A stretch of 64,000 nt of DNA from Eledone cirrhosa (GCA_964016885.1 OZ024742.1:210800001-210864000); one strand, 5' to 3'; shown: positions 48,290 to 61,170, numbered from the stretch's first letter. Translations and numbers: made by a program. Notes: generated by a model from the sequence alone, not told the origin.

Positions 48290-49152
48290 ATATCAGTGAA
48301 AATTTTCTTTTCTTTGCTTCATATATATTATATATACTTGGCCGCCATTGCAAAAGGCCATAAATTCAAAATTTTGAAGAGAGAGGAAAAGAGAGAAGTG
48401 ATCTATGAACTTGTAACATCTCACTGACCCCCCCGTCACCACAATAACAATAACGCCTACACTCGCTCCCCACCATCACCACATTACTCTAAGGTCGCTG
48501 TCCTGTCCCCTGTTGACATACTGCTGACTATCTTTTGATGTATGTATGTGTATATACATATGTGTATGTGTGTGTATATGTGTATATCTCTGTGGATGCG
48601 ACCAGATTTCAACACAGCAACAACTACAACAACAACAGCAGCAACACCAACAACAACAACAACAGCAACAACACCATCGTCTGTGTTGAATGTGTGTGTA
48701 TGTATTTGTATATATGCGACAGCAATAACAGCATCAACACCATTGTCTGCAGCAACAGCAGCAGTGAAATGAAGGACAACAACAACAGTAACAACTACAG
48801 CACCAACAACTGTCACCACCATCACTGACCATCCACCACCACCACGCTGATACCATCCACCACCACCACACTGACACCATCCACCACCGCCATTACCAGC
48901 GTAAACAAACAATTATTATTGTTATTGTTATTATATACAAGCCGAACTGGACTGGGAAAGGTCAACAGTTGACATGATAGTGATTTTGACGATTTTGACT
49001 TTGATTTTGATTTTGTATCAGAACTGTCGGTAATATATGTATATATATATATGTGTTTGTGAGTTGTGTGTGTGATTGTATGCATGAATGAGTGTTGGTA
49101 TGTGTGGTTGTGGTTTGTATGCATGAGTATTAGTGTGTGAGTCGTGTCAATA

Positions 49153-49187
<35 letters not shown>

Positions 49188-49188
<1 letters not shown>

Positions 49189-52100
49189 GACCATGCTGTA
49201 AAATGGAGGGGTAGAGAGGGCCCTTGAGTCTAGTAAGACATCCTCTCTAGTGCTGGTGGCACAAATAAAAGCACCCAGTCCATGCTGTAAAGTGGCGCTG
49301 GTGTTAGGAAGGGCATCCAACCAGTGTATCAATGCCAAAAAGCTTATCAGCACAGCAACAAAACAGCATAGAAAAAAATATGAAGACGTCGCATCTCAGA
49401 GTTGCAACACTTAATGTTGGCACTCTCAGAGGTAGATCTGCTGAAATAGCGGAGATGCTGGAGAGAAGGCAGGTGGATGTGTGCTGCGTGCAAGAGGTGA
49501 GATGGAGAGGTGCCTCTGCGAGACTAGTCGTAGGCAAGCGTCTTAGCTATAAGCTATTCTGGGTAGGTAAGGATGATGGGTTAGGGGGAGTAGGCATTTT
49601 CCTGGCTGAGAAATGGATCAATAAGACAATAGAGGTAGTTCGAGTTAGTAATCGAATAATTAAGCTTAGATTAGTTGTAGGTAGGAGACTACTGACAATC
49701 ATCTCGGTCTATGCTCCCCAAGCAGGCCTAGGCAAAGATGAGAAAGACTGCTTTTATGAGCAACTTTTGCAAACAACCACAATGACAGAGGACGGAGACA
49801 TCGTTATGCTAGCAGGAGACTTCAATGGTCATGTTGGACAGCTCCAGGATGGTTACACTGGGGTACATGGTGGGCATGGTTACGGTTCAAGAAATGAAGA
49901 AGGAGTGAGACTTCTTGAATTTTGTGATGCAAGTACATTGACTATTTGCAACACAAACTTCCAGAAACCTGCCAATCACCTAATAACCTACAAATCTGGT
50001 GAGCACATAAGCCAGATTGACTTCCTGCTAGTTAGGCAGCGGGACAGGCAGATAGTGTCTAATACCAAGGCATACCCTGGGGAAGAATGTACCCCACAGC
50101 ATAGGTTAGTTGTTAGTGATATCTCAGTAAGCAAGAGATGGAATGAGCCATATAGGAAGGTGTGGAGAAGAAAGGTCTGGAAGCTAAAAGACCTTTCACT
50201 AAAATTCAAATTTAGGAAAGCCCTTCAAGATGTATATGACGAAAAAGAAGACGATTTAGAGACGTATGACATAGATAATAACTGGAAGTTCTTACGTGAC
50301 AACTTGCTGAAGGCTACTGATGAAACTTGTGGCTGGAGCAGAGCCCCAACCAGACAGAGAGTGACCTGGTGGTGGAACAGCAGTGTAGATAAGGCTATTA
50401 GAGACAAAAGACTAGCATGGAAGGCTTGGAATAAGGGTGGGAGTAGGGAAGAATATACAGCCACTAAGAGAGAAGCTAGACGTCAGGTGTACTTAGCACG
50501 CAGGGAGGCAGAGAGTAGGAGGTTTGCCAATGTTCTGCGACGGGAAGATCAGAGGCGTGCGGTGTTCCACATTGCAAGGCAGTGTGTCAATGCAAATCAG
50601 GATGTTGTTGGTGATAAATGTGTCCGGGATGATGCCGGTGTACTTAGTGTCACGAATGACCAGAAAAAGGAGGCCTGGAAATGCCATTATGAGAGACTGA
50701 TGAATGTGGAGAACGAATGGGAGAGAGAGAAATTACCCTTGGTAGATCCGACAGAGGGACCAGCTATTGAGATTGACGAATATAGGGTCCAAGAGGCGAT
50801 TAGGGAAATGAAAAATGGTAAGGCGGCCGGACCATCGGGAATAGTTGCTGAGATGCTGAAGGCATCAGGGGACGTAGGCACTAAACTGGTTGCACGCATA
50901 ATCAATCAGGCTATATATGGTGGTGTCATACCCAAAGACTGGTGCAGCAGTATTCTCATAAATTGCTACAAAGGTAAAGGGGATGCTTTGGAGAGGAGCA
51001 ATTATAGGGGTATAAAACTGATAGATCAGGTTATGAAAGTGGCAGAAAGGATTTTAGCACAACTAATTAGAGAAAGGGTCAAACTAGATGAGATGCAGTT
51101 TGGTTTTGTGCCTGGGAAGAGTACAACAGATGCCCTCTTCTTGGTGAGACAAATGCAAGAGAGGTTCTTAGAGAAGAATAAGCCACTATACTTGGCCTTT
51201 GTTGACCTAGAGAAGGCCTTTGATAGGGTACCCCGATCTGTCATCTGGTGGTCCCTAAGGAAGCTGGGTGTTGAGGAATGGCTTGTAAGGACAGTGCAAA
51301 CTTTGTACAGAGGTACTCTCAGTAAAGTCAGGGTAGGAATGGAGTTTAGTGAGGAATTCCAGATACAAGTAGGAGTACATCAGGGTTCGGTCCTCAGCCC
51401 GCTCTTGTTCATTATAGTCCTCCAAGCCATAACAGAGGAGTTTAAGACTGGCTGTCCATGGGAACTTCTCTATGCTGACGATCTGGCTCTTATGGCAGAA
51501 TCAGTAGAGGAGCTAGAGAATAAATTCCGGCTATGGAAACAGCAGTTGGAAGCAAGAGGACTGAGAGTAAATCTAGCTAAGACAAAAGTGTTGATGAGTA
51601 GAAAAGAGGACAAAACCCTGATTCCGTCAGGGAAATGGCCATGTTCGATATGCAGAAAAGGAACTGGCATAAATTCTATAAAATGCACACAATGTAGGTC
51701 CTGGGTACACAAGAGATGTAGCGGGATAGCAGGCAAACTAACAGGTAGGGAGAAATATGTATGCAGTAGATGTACAGGGAAATTAGACAGTAGAAGTCGC
51801 ACTGATAGACACATTTTTCAAATGCGAGAGGGCGCTATAGAAGTGGTGGATAGCTTCCGGTACCTAGGAGATCAGATTAGCATGGGAGGAGGGTGTTCCG
51901 AGGCCATAGTATCTAGAATAAGGACGGGTTGGAAGAAGTTTAGGGAGCTGCTTCCTCTGTTGACGAAGAAGGGTTTCTCCCTGCGTACGAAAGGCCGGTT
52001 GTATGATGCCTGTGTGAGGAGCGCGATGCTGCATGGTAGTGAGACATGGGCAGCTACCGCAGAAGATATGCGACGGCTGGAGAGAAATGAGGCAAGCATG

Positions 52101-52473
52101 CTCCGTTGGATGTGCAGTGTAAATGTGCGTGAACGACCCAGCATAAATGTGTTGAGAGAGAAACTGTGTCTGAGAGGGATAGAATGTAGTGTACGGGAGA
52201 GGAGACTGAGGTGGTATGGACATGTGATGCGCATGGAGGATGACCGATGGGTGAAGAAGTGCCAGGAAATGCCAGTTGAAGGAAGACGTAGTAGAGGTAG
52301 ACCACGAAAAACATGGGCGGAGGTGGTGAGAACAGACCTCAGATCATTGAAGCTCACGGTGGAGATGACGAGGGACCGTGACGAGTGGAGAGATGCTGTG
52401 CTGAATAAGACCCGTCCCACCCTTGCAAGCAGGGAAAAGCGGACGTAAAATGATGATGATGATGATGATGATG
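49188..52473 (+). mobile_element. Full-length RTE LINE subfamily A, apparently intact
   Basis: 5' UTR, a single 1038-aa ORF, and an (ATG)n tail just after the stop codon. Confidence 0.95.
49332..52448 (+). CDS. RTE polyprotein: apurinic-like endonuclease + reverse transcriptase with an inserted C4HC3 finger
   Basis: APE motifs TLNV, QE, VYAP, GDFNGH, QIDF, QH; RT motifs [35 protein letters not shown]; no stop codons. Confidence 0.95.
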   Translation: MPKSLSAQQQNSIEKNMKTSHLRVATLNVGTLRGRSAEIAEMLERRQVDVCCVQEVRWRGASARLVVGKRLSYKLFWVGKDDGLGGVGIFLAEKWINKTIEVVRVSNRIIKLRLVVGRRLLTIISVYAPQAGLGKDEKDCFYEQLLQTTTMTEDGDIVMLAGDFNGHVGQLQDGYTGVHGGHGYGSRNEEGVRLLEFCDASTLTICNTNFQKPANHLITYKSGEHISQIDFLLVRQRDRQIVSNTKAYPGEECTPQHRLVVSDISVSKRWNEPYRKVWRRKVWKLKDLSLKFKFRKALQDVYDEKEDDLETYDIDNNWKFLRDNLLKATDETCGWSRAPTRQRVTWWWNSSVDKAIRDKRLAWKAWNKGGSREEYTATKREARRQVYLARREAESRRFANVLRREDQRRAVFHIARQCVNANQDVVGDKCVRDDAGVLSVTNDQKKEAWKCHYERLMNVENEWEREKLPLVDPTEGPAIEIDEYRVQEAIREMKNGKAAGPSGIVAEMLKASGDVGTKLVARIINQAIYGGVIPKDWCSSILINCYKGKGDALERSNYRGIKLIDQVMKVAERILAQLIRERVKLDEMQFGFVPGKSTTDALFLVRQMQERFLEKNKPLYLAFVDLEKAFDRVPRSVIWWSLRKLGVEEWLVRTVQTLYRGTLSKVRVGMEFSEEFQIQVGVHQGSVLSPLLFIIVLQAITEEFKTGCPWELLYADDLALMAESVEELENKFRLWKQQLEARGLRVNLAKTKVLMSRKEDKTLIPSGKWPCSICRKGTGINSIKCTQCRSWVHKRCSGIAGKLTGREKYVCSRCTGKLDSRSRTDRHIFQMREGAIEVVDSFRYLGDQISMGGGCSEAIVSRIRTGWKKFRELLPLLTKKGFSLRTKGRLYDACVRSAMLHGSETWAATAEDMRRLERNEASMLRWMCSVNVRERPSINVLREKLCLRGIECSVRERRLRWYGHVMRMEDDRWVKKCQEMPVEGRRSRGRPRKTWAEVVRTDLRSLKLTVEMTRDRDEWRDAVLNKTRPTLASREKRT

Positions 52474-52863
52474 ATCATATCTTGTCATTTACCTATGGTT
52501 TAAATTTCATATAAATCGAAGGGAAACATTTTCAGTGGGGTTTGGTGCCTTCAGGGAACCCTAATAGGGGGTTTAACCTCCATTAGGGTGTCTTAATATT
52601 ATTGAAATTTGCTGAAATTTTGTGAATAGGCATCATATCTTGTCATTTACTTATGGTTTAAATTTCATATAAATCGAAATGAAAAAATTTTCAGCAGGGG
52701 TTTGTGCCACCAGGGAACCCTTTGATTAAAATGAAATATACTTATCCAAGTACCCTGGGCAATGTAGTTTCAGAATATATATATGGTTATGGGGGTCTAT
52801 CTCCAAATCCATAGTAGTAGTTCGGGAACAAACAAACAGGAATCCAATTTTATATATTTAGAT
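52474..52863 (+). mobile_element. Possible 3' part of a DINE/HINE-like element with an internal duplication of about 155 bp
   Basis: atcatatcttgtcatttac.tatggtttaaatttcatataaatcgaa occurs twice; ends caaacaaaca...ttttatatatttagat. Confidence 0.35.
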
Positions 52864-53218
52864 ATAACGTTGAAAGAGATAGAATGCATTGGGAATCACT
52901 GACTTAGCTTCAGAACCATCATCTTTCTCTAATATAAAGCACTAGTGCTTTATAGATTAATATTATGACTAATATAATTATTTCAGCAAATACAGGAGAG
53001 AATTCCAAACATGTTTTGGTCTATACCTTCCCAACAAAGCATAGATTTCACCGTATTAGCTGAAATAGTGTTGAAACAATCACTAATTAGATGTAAAGTA
53101 TTGTACATATGGAGATGTGAAAAATTAACCTGTTTTAAAAAATAAATCAATATGGTTAATTACTCAGAGATGCTGTTCACAAGAAAATCAATAGTTAAGT
53201 TCATGTTAGTATATTTAA

Positions 53219-53451
53219 CCCTCTTGTTACCAACCCGGCCAAAACCAGCTATGATTGTATGAAAGAAAATCACCCATTTTAAAGGTTTCCAATTTAAATA
53301 AAAATTTTCCAACATGATTTTATTTAAAAAAACCTTACATTAAGTTACTATCTTAGTAATGAAATAATTGATAATTTTAGTAAATCCTCAAAATTCTTCA
53401 TTAACTAATTGAAATAAAGTGTATTTCATTAGAAATATGGTCATGAACGGG
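53219..53451. mobile_element. piggyBac-type MITE (family 2)
   Basis: TTAA-CCCTCTTGTTACC...GAACGGG-TTGA; similar to 1898-2118. Confidence 0.6.
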
Positions 53452-55062
53452 TTGATGTAGAGAGCATTAAAATGATTAAAATAATTGTTTCTACTTTTGG
53501 CACAAGGACAGCAATTTGAAGGGTAGTAGAAAGTCGATCAACTCAATCCTAGCACATTAGAGGGACTTTATTTTATCGATCCCGTAAGGATGAAAAGCAA
53601 AGCTGACCTCAGTGGGATTTGGCCACAGAACATGAAGGGTCATAACTATATGCCACAAAGCATGTTGTCCAATACTTTACCGATACTGTCAATCTAAAAT
53701 AAAGAGTCGTAACTCTATGCCACAAAGCATGTTGTTTGACACTCTACCGATAATGTCAATTTTGAACCAATGTTCTCTTCATGAGATGTAAAGTATCAGT
53801 ATTTCTAATTGGATTTTTTCTGCTCATTACATTAAATATGCTATCACTAATAATGAGTTAACTTCCACTAATATATTCTTCATTTAAAGTAAATATTGTT
53901 TAAAATCAGGCCAGTTACCAATAATTATAATCTAATCACATAAGAGCTCAACAATAAGATTTTGTTAGATTTTAATATATTAATTAAAATTCTTCATCTA
54001 ACTGATGCTGCAAATATTGCATTGGCATTAAGTCCACTGATTTATTGATATTGAATATCTGTTTGGTTTCTAATCAATATCTTCAACCATTCATAACAAC
54101 AGCATTTATTATTCAGAATTTAACTTAATTCATTATCTAATAAAATATAGTGTAGGGAAAAAATTTAGATTAATGTCATGTAAAAAGATGGATTCGGGTT
54201 GTAATTTAAGTTGACGTTAATATTCTTCCATGATAATTTCAGTTATCATCTAATTTTCACTTCTTTGTATACATAAGCTATTTCTGAAAAGCCATGTATG
54301 AGCATGTGTGTGTGTGTTTGTATGTGTGCCTGTGTGTGTTCGACCTCCATTGTTTCCAATGATGATTTATTCCAGTTGTTCATACAATGGAACAACCAGC
54401 TTCTGAAATTAATGTGTTAGTGACTGAGCACTCCATAGATACATGCACACTTAACATAATTCTCAGGGAGATTCAACATGACATAGTGTGATAAGGCTGG
54501 CCCTTTGAATTACAGGCACAAATCATTTTTGTCAGCAGAATGGACTGGATCAATTTGAAATAAAGTGTCTTGTTGAAAGACACAACATGCTGCTGAGAAT
54601 TGAACTTACAATGCCCCTAGCAACTAAGCCATTTACCTCCACACACATATATATTTGAATGCAGGTATAACTGAATGGTTAAGGAATTCACTTCTCAGTT
54701 ATAAGGTTCTGGGTTTGATCTCAAGGTGTTACATCTTAGCAAAATGTACTTACTATAGTCTTGATTTGACCCAAATCATATGAGCGAAATTGGGTAGACA
54801 GAAACTGTGTGAAAATCCTTTAGATTGATTGTACCAGTAATTCAAACGTCTGGCCTTGTCACATATTGTGTCACACTTAATTATGTGAAGGATTTATGTG
54901 TGGAATTTTCAGCCACTTTCACACAAATTCACAACATAGATAATTGGTTGATCAAACAATTGAATAGTCCGTGTCTAAATTAATGGAGGATCGTATGTAG
55001 ATTGTTTTAGCCATAATGGCCAATACTATATATATGTGTGTGTGTGTATATATATATACACA

Positions 55063-55143
55063 CAGAGGGTGTCCCCATAAAATGTATATACACTTCAACA
55101 GCATTCTAATAAATATGTGTATACATTTTTTGGAAACACCCTG
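55063..55143. mobile_element. Tiny Tc1/mariner-type MITE
   Basis: Inverted ends CAG(AG)GGTGTCCCCATAAAATGTAT and ATACATTTTTTGGAAACACCCTG followed by TA. Confidence 0.55.
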
Positions 55144-56169
55144 TATATACTGTATATATATATATATCATCATCACCATCATCATCGTCGTTGTGGTTTT
55201 TACATCCACATTTTCACATTTGAATATATATATATATAGTAGCTGGATTCCTGATGTATATTAGGAGGTGACCACATTTAAAAAAGGTACTCAATATGTT
55301 TGTAGAGTAAAGGCATCTTTATTTTATTATAGAAATTACTTCTACAGGACTACAACTGTTTCACTCATAAGAAAATGGACATAAAAGAGTATGGTGATGA
55401 TGATGGTGATGATAATGGTGGTGGTGGTAGTGGTGGTGGTGGTACCCAATAACTTATATTATGAATCTGTTTGGAGGGGGGATTCTATTTACCTTAATTG
55501 TAGCCATTCTATCTTTGCATCTGGGATTAAGCACAAGCTTTGAATCATGTAAAATTTATAACAGTATGAATTAATATAAAAGATTTTTTTTTTTTTTTTT
55601 TTTTGTTAGCCAAAGGATGGTGACAGCTGATCACGGCAGTAGACTATTGAACTAAATACTTTAGAGTATTTAATTTCATTATCTGCTTCTGAAATGAAAT
55701 TTTGACAGTTGATTTTGCCTTGTAACTTTCCTTATAGGTCTTATTCAACTTTACATATTCTTAAAAAAAATGTTGGCTTTAAGCCTAACTAGGAGCTGTT
55801 GCTGTACTGATGACAAGATATGAACCACTAGTCTCATGGCAGATAAACCAGCATTCTATAGGCTTGGTCTGATACAATTTGAAGGAAATAACTATTGATT
55901 TCTAATTTGGACACAAGCCCAACAAATTTGGGAAAAGCAAGGTTGATTAAATCAACCCCAGTACTTAACTGGTACTTTATTTTATTGAACTCATAAAGAT
56001 GAAAAGCAAAGTTGATCTCAGCAGGATTTGAACTCAGAATATAAAAAAACAGAACAAATACTGCAATGTCATTTTATCCAATGCTCTACTAATTCTGCCA
56101 ATCCACAAATATTAAGCCACATGTATAAAATGAACTTATCCAAGTATACTCTAAATCATGATTACAAAT

Positions 56170-57308
56170 GAGAACATGTATTCCCTAATAATAATTTTTT
56201 TGCTCCAGTTGCCCATGCATACCAGTCTCCCCTCGCCACACTACCATTGTTGTCCAAGGGAAAGGCAAAAGTAGGCTGAGAACCAAACCCTGATGAACCT
56301 GTACTTTGAATTCTTCTCTAAACTCACCTCTTACTCTCACTTTACTGACAGCTCCTATGCACATGGCTTGCACTGCTCTCACAGGGTATTCTTCTACACC
56401 TTATTTCCTTAAGGTCCTCTAGAAACCAGATCGAGGTACTCTGTCAAAGGCCTTTTCCAGATCCATAAAAGCTAAATATAGTGATTTATTCTTGGCTAGG
56501 AACTTCTCTTGTAGTTGCCTTACTAAGAAAAGAGCATCTGTAGTACTTTTCTCAGGCATGAAACCAAACTGCATCTCATTTAGTTTGACTCTTTCCCTAA
56601 TTAGCTGTGCTAGAATTCTTTCCTCACTCCCTCTTCATTTATTGAACCATAGCCATATCTTCCATGAACATCCTGGTACTGCCCAACATGTCCATTGAAG
56701 TTGCCTGCTAAGATGATTAAGTCTGTCATTAATAACTGGGGTTGTCTGTAAAAGTTTCTTTTGTTCTTTACTCAATCCTGCCTGTGGTGCATTGGTAGAA
56801 GTAATTGACATCATTTTATTTTTTACAGCTATTCTAAGCTTGTTAATTCTGTCACTTACTCAAACTACTTTCATGACTTTATCTATCCATTTCTCAGCCA
56901 GTAGAATGCCTACACCACCTACCTTATCGTCATTTCCTAACCAGAAAAGTTTGTATCGCAGTTGTTTGCTTGCGAGTAGTTTCGCTGAGGCACTTCTCCA
57001 TCTCACCCTTTGTACTCAGCATATATCCACTTGTCTCCTCTCTAAAAACTCCAGAATTTCACCTAATTTAATTTTCAGGGTGCTAACATTGAGAGTGGCA
57101 GTTCTGAGATGTGTAATTTGACAGTGATTAAATCCTTGAGTAGCAGTTCTTTGTACCTGGAAGGAAAACACGCTGTGCGATTGTTTAATGATGATCAAGG
57201 GATTATCACACATGGTTACTCTAGCGACCCTACTATCGTGCACAGCACTAACATGAATAGTGTTAGACCTGTATACACAATTAGTGTGAATCTTATGTGT
57301 TGTGTTTT

Positions 57309-57310
<2 letters not shown>
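56170..57310 (-). mobile_element. Old RTE LINE relic with large internal deletions
   Basis: Fragments HLRTATLNV..LERRQVDIC, QFGF/STTDALF and AVSKVRV..EEFKVQVHQG. Confidence 0.8.
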
Positions 57311-57349
<39 letters not shown>

Positions 57350-57505
57350 CATACATACATACATACACACACATATACATACATACACACATGCATACAT
57401 ACTTACATAAATACACAGATACACACAGACACACACATATCTATATAAAGATTATTAATATTACAAAAATGAAAAATGTTAATTGATATATAATTTTTAT
57501 TCCAG

Positions 57506-58847
57506 CTCACTGGTCCCACTCTAATACTAACATGGATACCAAATACAACATTAAAAAGAAATCCACGCAGCATTGAAAATAGCCCTAACCGTTCTGCTAT
57601 TTGCAGTCCAAAGTCAAGTCCAAGACGAACTCCAAAACAAGATTATGCCCGTTCAGACAATCTGACCACTCCGTCTCCAAGTGTTTCTCCTCGCAATTCA
57701 TTAGCATCCATAGGAAGTGAACAATCTCTATGGATTGAGCAACGTCAAAGATCACGACGAGATGACAGCAGTTTTTGCTCAGAAATTTCAATTGGGTCTC
57801 GGGAAGAGATCAGTGACTATGATTCTTACCGAGAGAAATTCGGACCTAGTAATAAATCACAAACGGATTCTGGTCTAGGCACTGATTGGGATCATGCAAG
57901 TGGACAATCTGCTCCAAACAATGAGAAATTGACGTCAAATATTCATATGAGATCTTACAAGGTAGGGATTAATGTCAATGACTTGACCAAAGAAAATAAG
58001 AATATAGATTCTGCTGATTCTTACTCCAAGTCTTCAAAATATGACAGTTCTTCAACTGAAAGTGAAGGAATAACTCCTGAAGAACAGCTGGCAGTAATGC
58101 TAAAAAAGAATAAGGTCTACAGAAAATCTCGCGAGTGTCTTGGTTCCAATCACTCGCTTAGTATTGAAATGGAAGGAGATAATCTTGTTGTTGTTAAGGA
58201 AGATAGCAAGCTTAACCTGAATATTCCTGAAAGTAATAAGAAAAGTGATATTGAAAGTTCCCCGTCAACTGACTTTGACCAGACTAGCATTAGCTCTGAT
58301 TCATCTGACCCAAGTCCCACGGGGGAACATTATCGATTAATGGTTGGTGAACTTCGAAGGAAATGTGCTGAGCTCAATGACAGGCTCAACGAATCCATGA
58401 CAAATGGAAATAATGACTTATTACAAAGTGAAAATGTACCTTCTGAAACAACCAGCCTCAATTCATTCAGCTTAGAAAACCGTTCAGGTGTAGCTGCTGA
58501 TCCACCAGTCACCCCCCCTCAATCTATAGATCAACTTAACACCACTGACAATAATATCCAAGACTTGTCGATATCAACACCTGATATTGAAGTCACTCGA
58601 TTCCGTTTATCATCTTCATCCACATCTACATCTGGTCCTGATTCCCATCCACCTACACCTTATTTATCACCAGACCATTCTTTACCCTCTTCACCAAGAC
58701 AGCAACAAGATTCATTGTCTGGAAGCAGTTCTTGCTCATTAGCACATAATCTTTCATTCCCAGAAAATTCAGTTTCCTATGTATCAAAAAGGAAAGAAAA
58801 ACGCAGCCCTAAAGAACAAATTTGTGGTGTATTCTCTGTCGATCTTG
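57506..58847 (+). CDS. TBC1D16: TBC1D16-like, large Ser-rich coding exon (1342 bp)
   Basis: Acceptor ttattccag| then LTGPTLILTWIPN (cf. LGATLILAWVPN), phase 0 matching the previous exon. The frame stays open to EQICGVFSVDLG (cf. EQICGVFRVDLG), then donor G|gtatgt. Confidence 0.9.
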
Positions 58848-59161
58848 GTATGTATTCCTGATCTTTTTATCAATTTTATATTTTGTGTCACAAAATTCAG
58901 AGAAGTATGCTTTATTTGTGCATATATGTGTATGCAAATATATATATATATACATGCATTATTTTCAAAGTAGAAAAGTGGCAGTGACTTCAAAGTTTCA
59001 GATTGGTTGTGTTTCATCTGGCTGCCAGATGTAGAGACCAAGCTTAAACTTCAATGTCACTGCCACTTTACTTTAAATTGTTATTTTTATCAGTACTGAG
59101 TGCTTATTCAGTTAATGTTTAAAATATGATAGTATTTTAAACACATATTCTAATATATATA

Positions 59162-59266
<105 letters not shown>

Positions 59267-59305
59267 GAAAATATAGAAATTATTGTGAGCAAGAAGCCAA
59301 CAGTA

Positions 59306-59336
<31 letters not shown>

Positions 59337-59927
59337 AATATAAACATGAACTGTGTGTTTGGGTGTGGATGTTATGACTTGAGCCAGGATATTGTTGATA
59401 GAAACCAAGTAATTAGTATTAATAGACTCACTCTAACTTAGCTACACTCATCCTACTTGGTAATCAGTAAAGTAATCAAAACTTTAGTATCAGAAAGATA
59501 ATCTTAGTAATTAATTTAGTGTTGGCAGTGATGTGTATAAACTGCATTGCTTTCCAGATCTTTTATCTGACAGCAGTTGCCTATTTTGAAAGATAGTTTT
59601 AATAGGTGAAAGATAAAATCTCTACCTCTTTATACAGCATATAACAGGATTTATAATTCTGAAAGAATTACACACTCCCTTCCCATACACATACACACAC
59701 ACTGGAAGCAAAATAGAATAGGTTCATTAACTTTTTTTCCCATTGTCCCCAGACACATTTATCTCATCCTTAACTGGAGTTCTATGACATTAAGATATAT
59801 AATGTATGTATATATATATCATTATCATCATTTAACGTCCATTTTTCCTGCTAGCAAGGGCTGGACAGGTCATCACACACCAAGTCAGTACTCAAGGGGA
59901 GCTACTGACCTACACACACACAGATAT

Positions 59928-60015
59928 ATGTCTGATGAGCTTTTGTTTCCAGAGTCGAGCCTGATTGATTACACATCGAATCTTGAGCTGATCAATTGCG
60001 AAACGCGCGTCACAC
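59928..60015 (+). ncRNA. Type I hammerhead ribozyme-like motif with palindromic stem III and long loop II
   Basis: tgt-CTGATGA-gc...(about 57 nt)...gc-GAAA-cgcgcg-TC-aca, followed by AATAAA. Confidence 0.6.
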
Positions 60016-60059
60016 CTCAATAAATGTAATGAAAATTTTACACCTCGTCCATATTATTA

Positions 60060-60065
60060 TCATTA

Positions 60066-60098
<33 letters not shown>

Positions 60099-61170
60099 TT
60101 CGTTTAACGTCCATCTTCCATGCTAGCATGGGTTAGATGGGAGTTGTCCCACTTGAAGCAAGGTTGGTCGGGTGACCATGTCTCGCTCATATAGGACTAT
60201 CTGGCAGGTTTTCTACGGCTGGATGCCCTTCCTAACACCAACCACATTTACAGTGTGGAACTGGGAACTTTTTACCGGTTACCTACACGGCCACATTACA
60301 GCGTGGACTGTGTGTTTTTTGTCGTGACACCTACACGATCTCGATCTCATTATCACATTTAATTGGACTGGATGTTGTGTTACCAACTTTACAGAGAGAG
60401 GGTGGTGTTGGTGGGAGTGGGAGGATAGCGTCGGGGTAGTGGATTGGGGTGTATATTTGGTTAAGAGGTGCCTACTGACTGTAGGTTTCGCTTTGTACAT
60501 AGGCAAGGCGGGTCTTCTGTATTACTGCGTAGCGCCAAAGATCTCGGTCCAGTGACATGGTCTTAGAGAGGTGCAAGTATGTAAGGTCGGAATTTATCAA
60601 ATCGTCCCAGGTTTTTCTGGGTCTACCTACTCCGTAACTACCATCAATTTTGATCGCCCTGCACTTTTTTATACAGCTGTTGTCTTTCATGCGCATCACG
60701 GGACCATACCAACGTAATCTTCTCTCAAGTAAACAGCATCTTATCCCTCTTATTCCTAATTTCTCACTTAGTTCATTTATGCTTTGCCGTTCACGTATAT
60801 TACTATTACACATCCAGTGGAGCATGCATGCTTCGTTCCTTTCCAGTCTGCACAGATCCTCTGCACACAATGCCCATGTCTCACTGCCATGTAGCATTGC
60901 TGTTTGTATACAGGCATCATACAATCTGCCTTTCATTTTTAGAGAGAAACCTTTTGTGGCCAACAGTGGTATAAACACTCTGAACTTTTTCCCTCCCGTT
61001 CTGATTCTGGCTACTGTACTTTCTGAGCACCCTCCACCACTGCTGATTTTGTCAACCATCTGGGCAATAGAAGGAGCTAGTATCCTGTGGGCACTTGCTA
61101 CTTATTGCATCTGAGCATCGGCCATATATAAAATCTACCTGTGATAGTTTATCTTAGATAGTTTACCTGT
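60060..61170 (-). mobile_element. RTE B-like 3' fragment, more diverged
   Basis: ORF 60472-61059 ([25 protein letters not shown]), B-type 3' UTR and (ATG)n. Confidence 0.9.

Noticed and set aside
49170-49200. Target-site duplication for the full-length RTE
   Set aside because: I found no convincing direct repeat between the poly-T 5' flank and the sequence after the (ATG)n tail.
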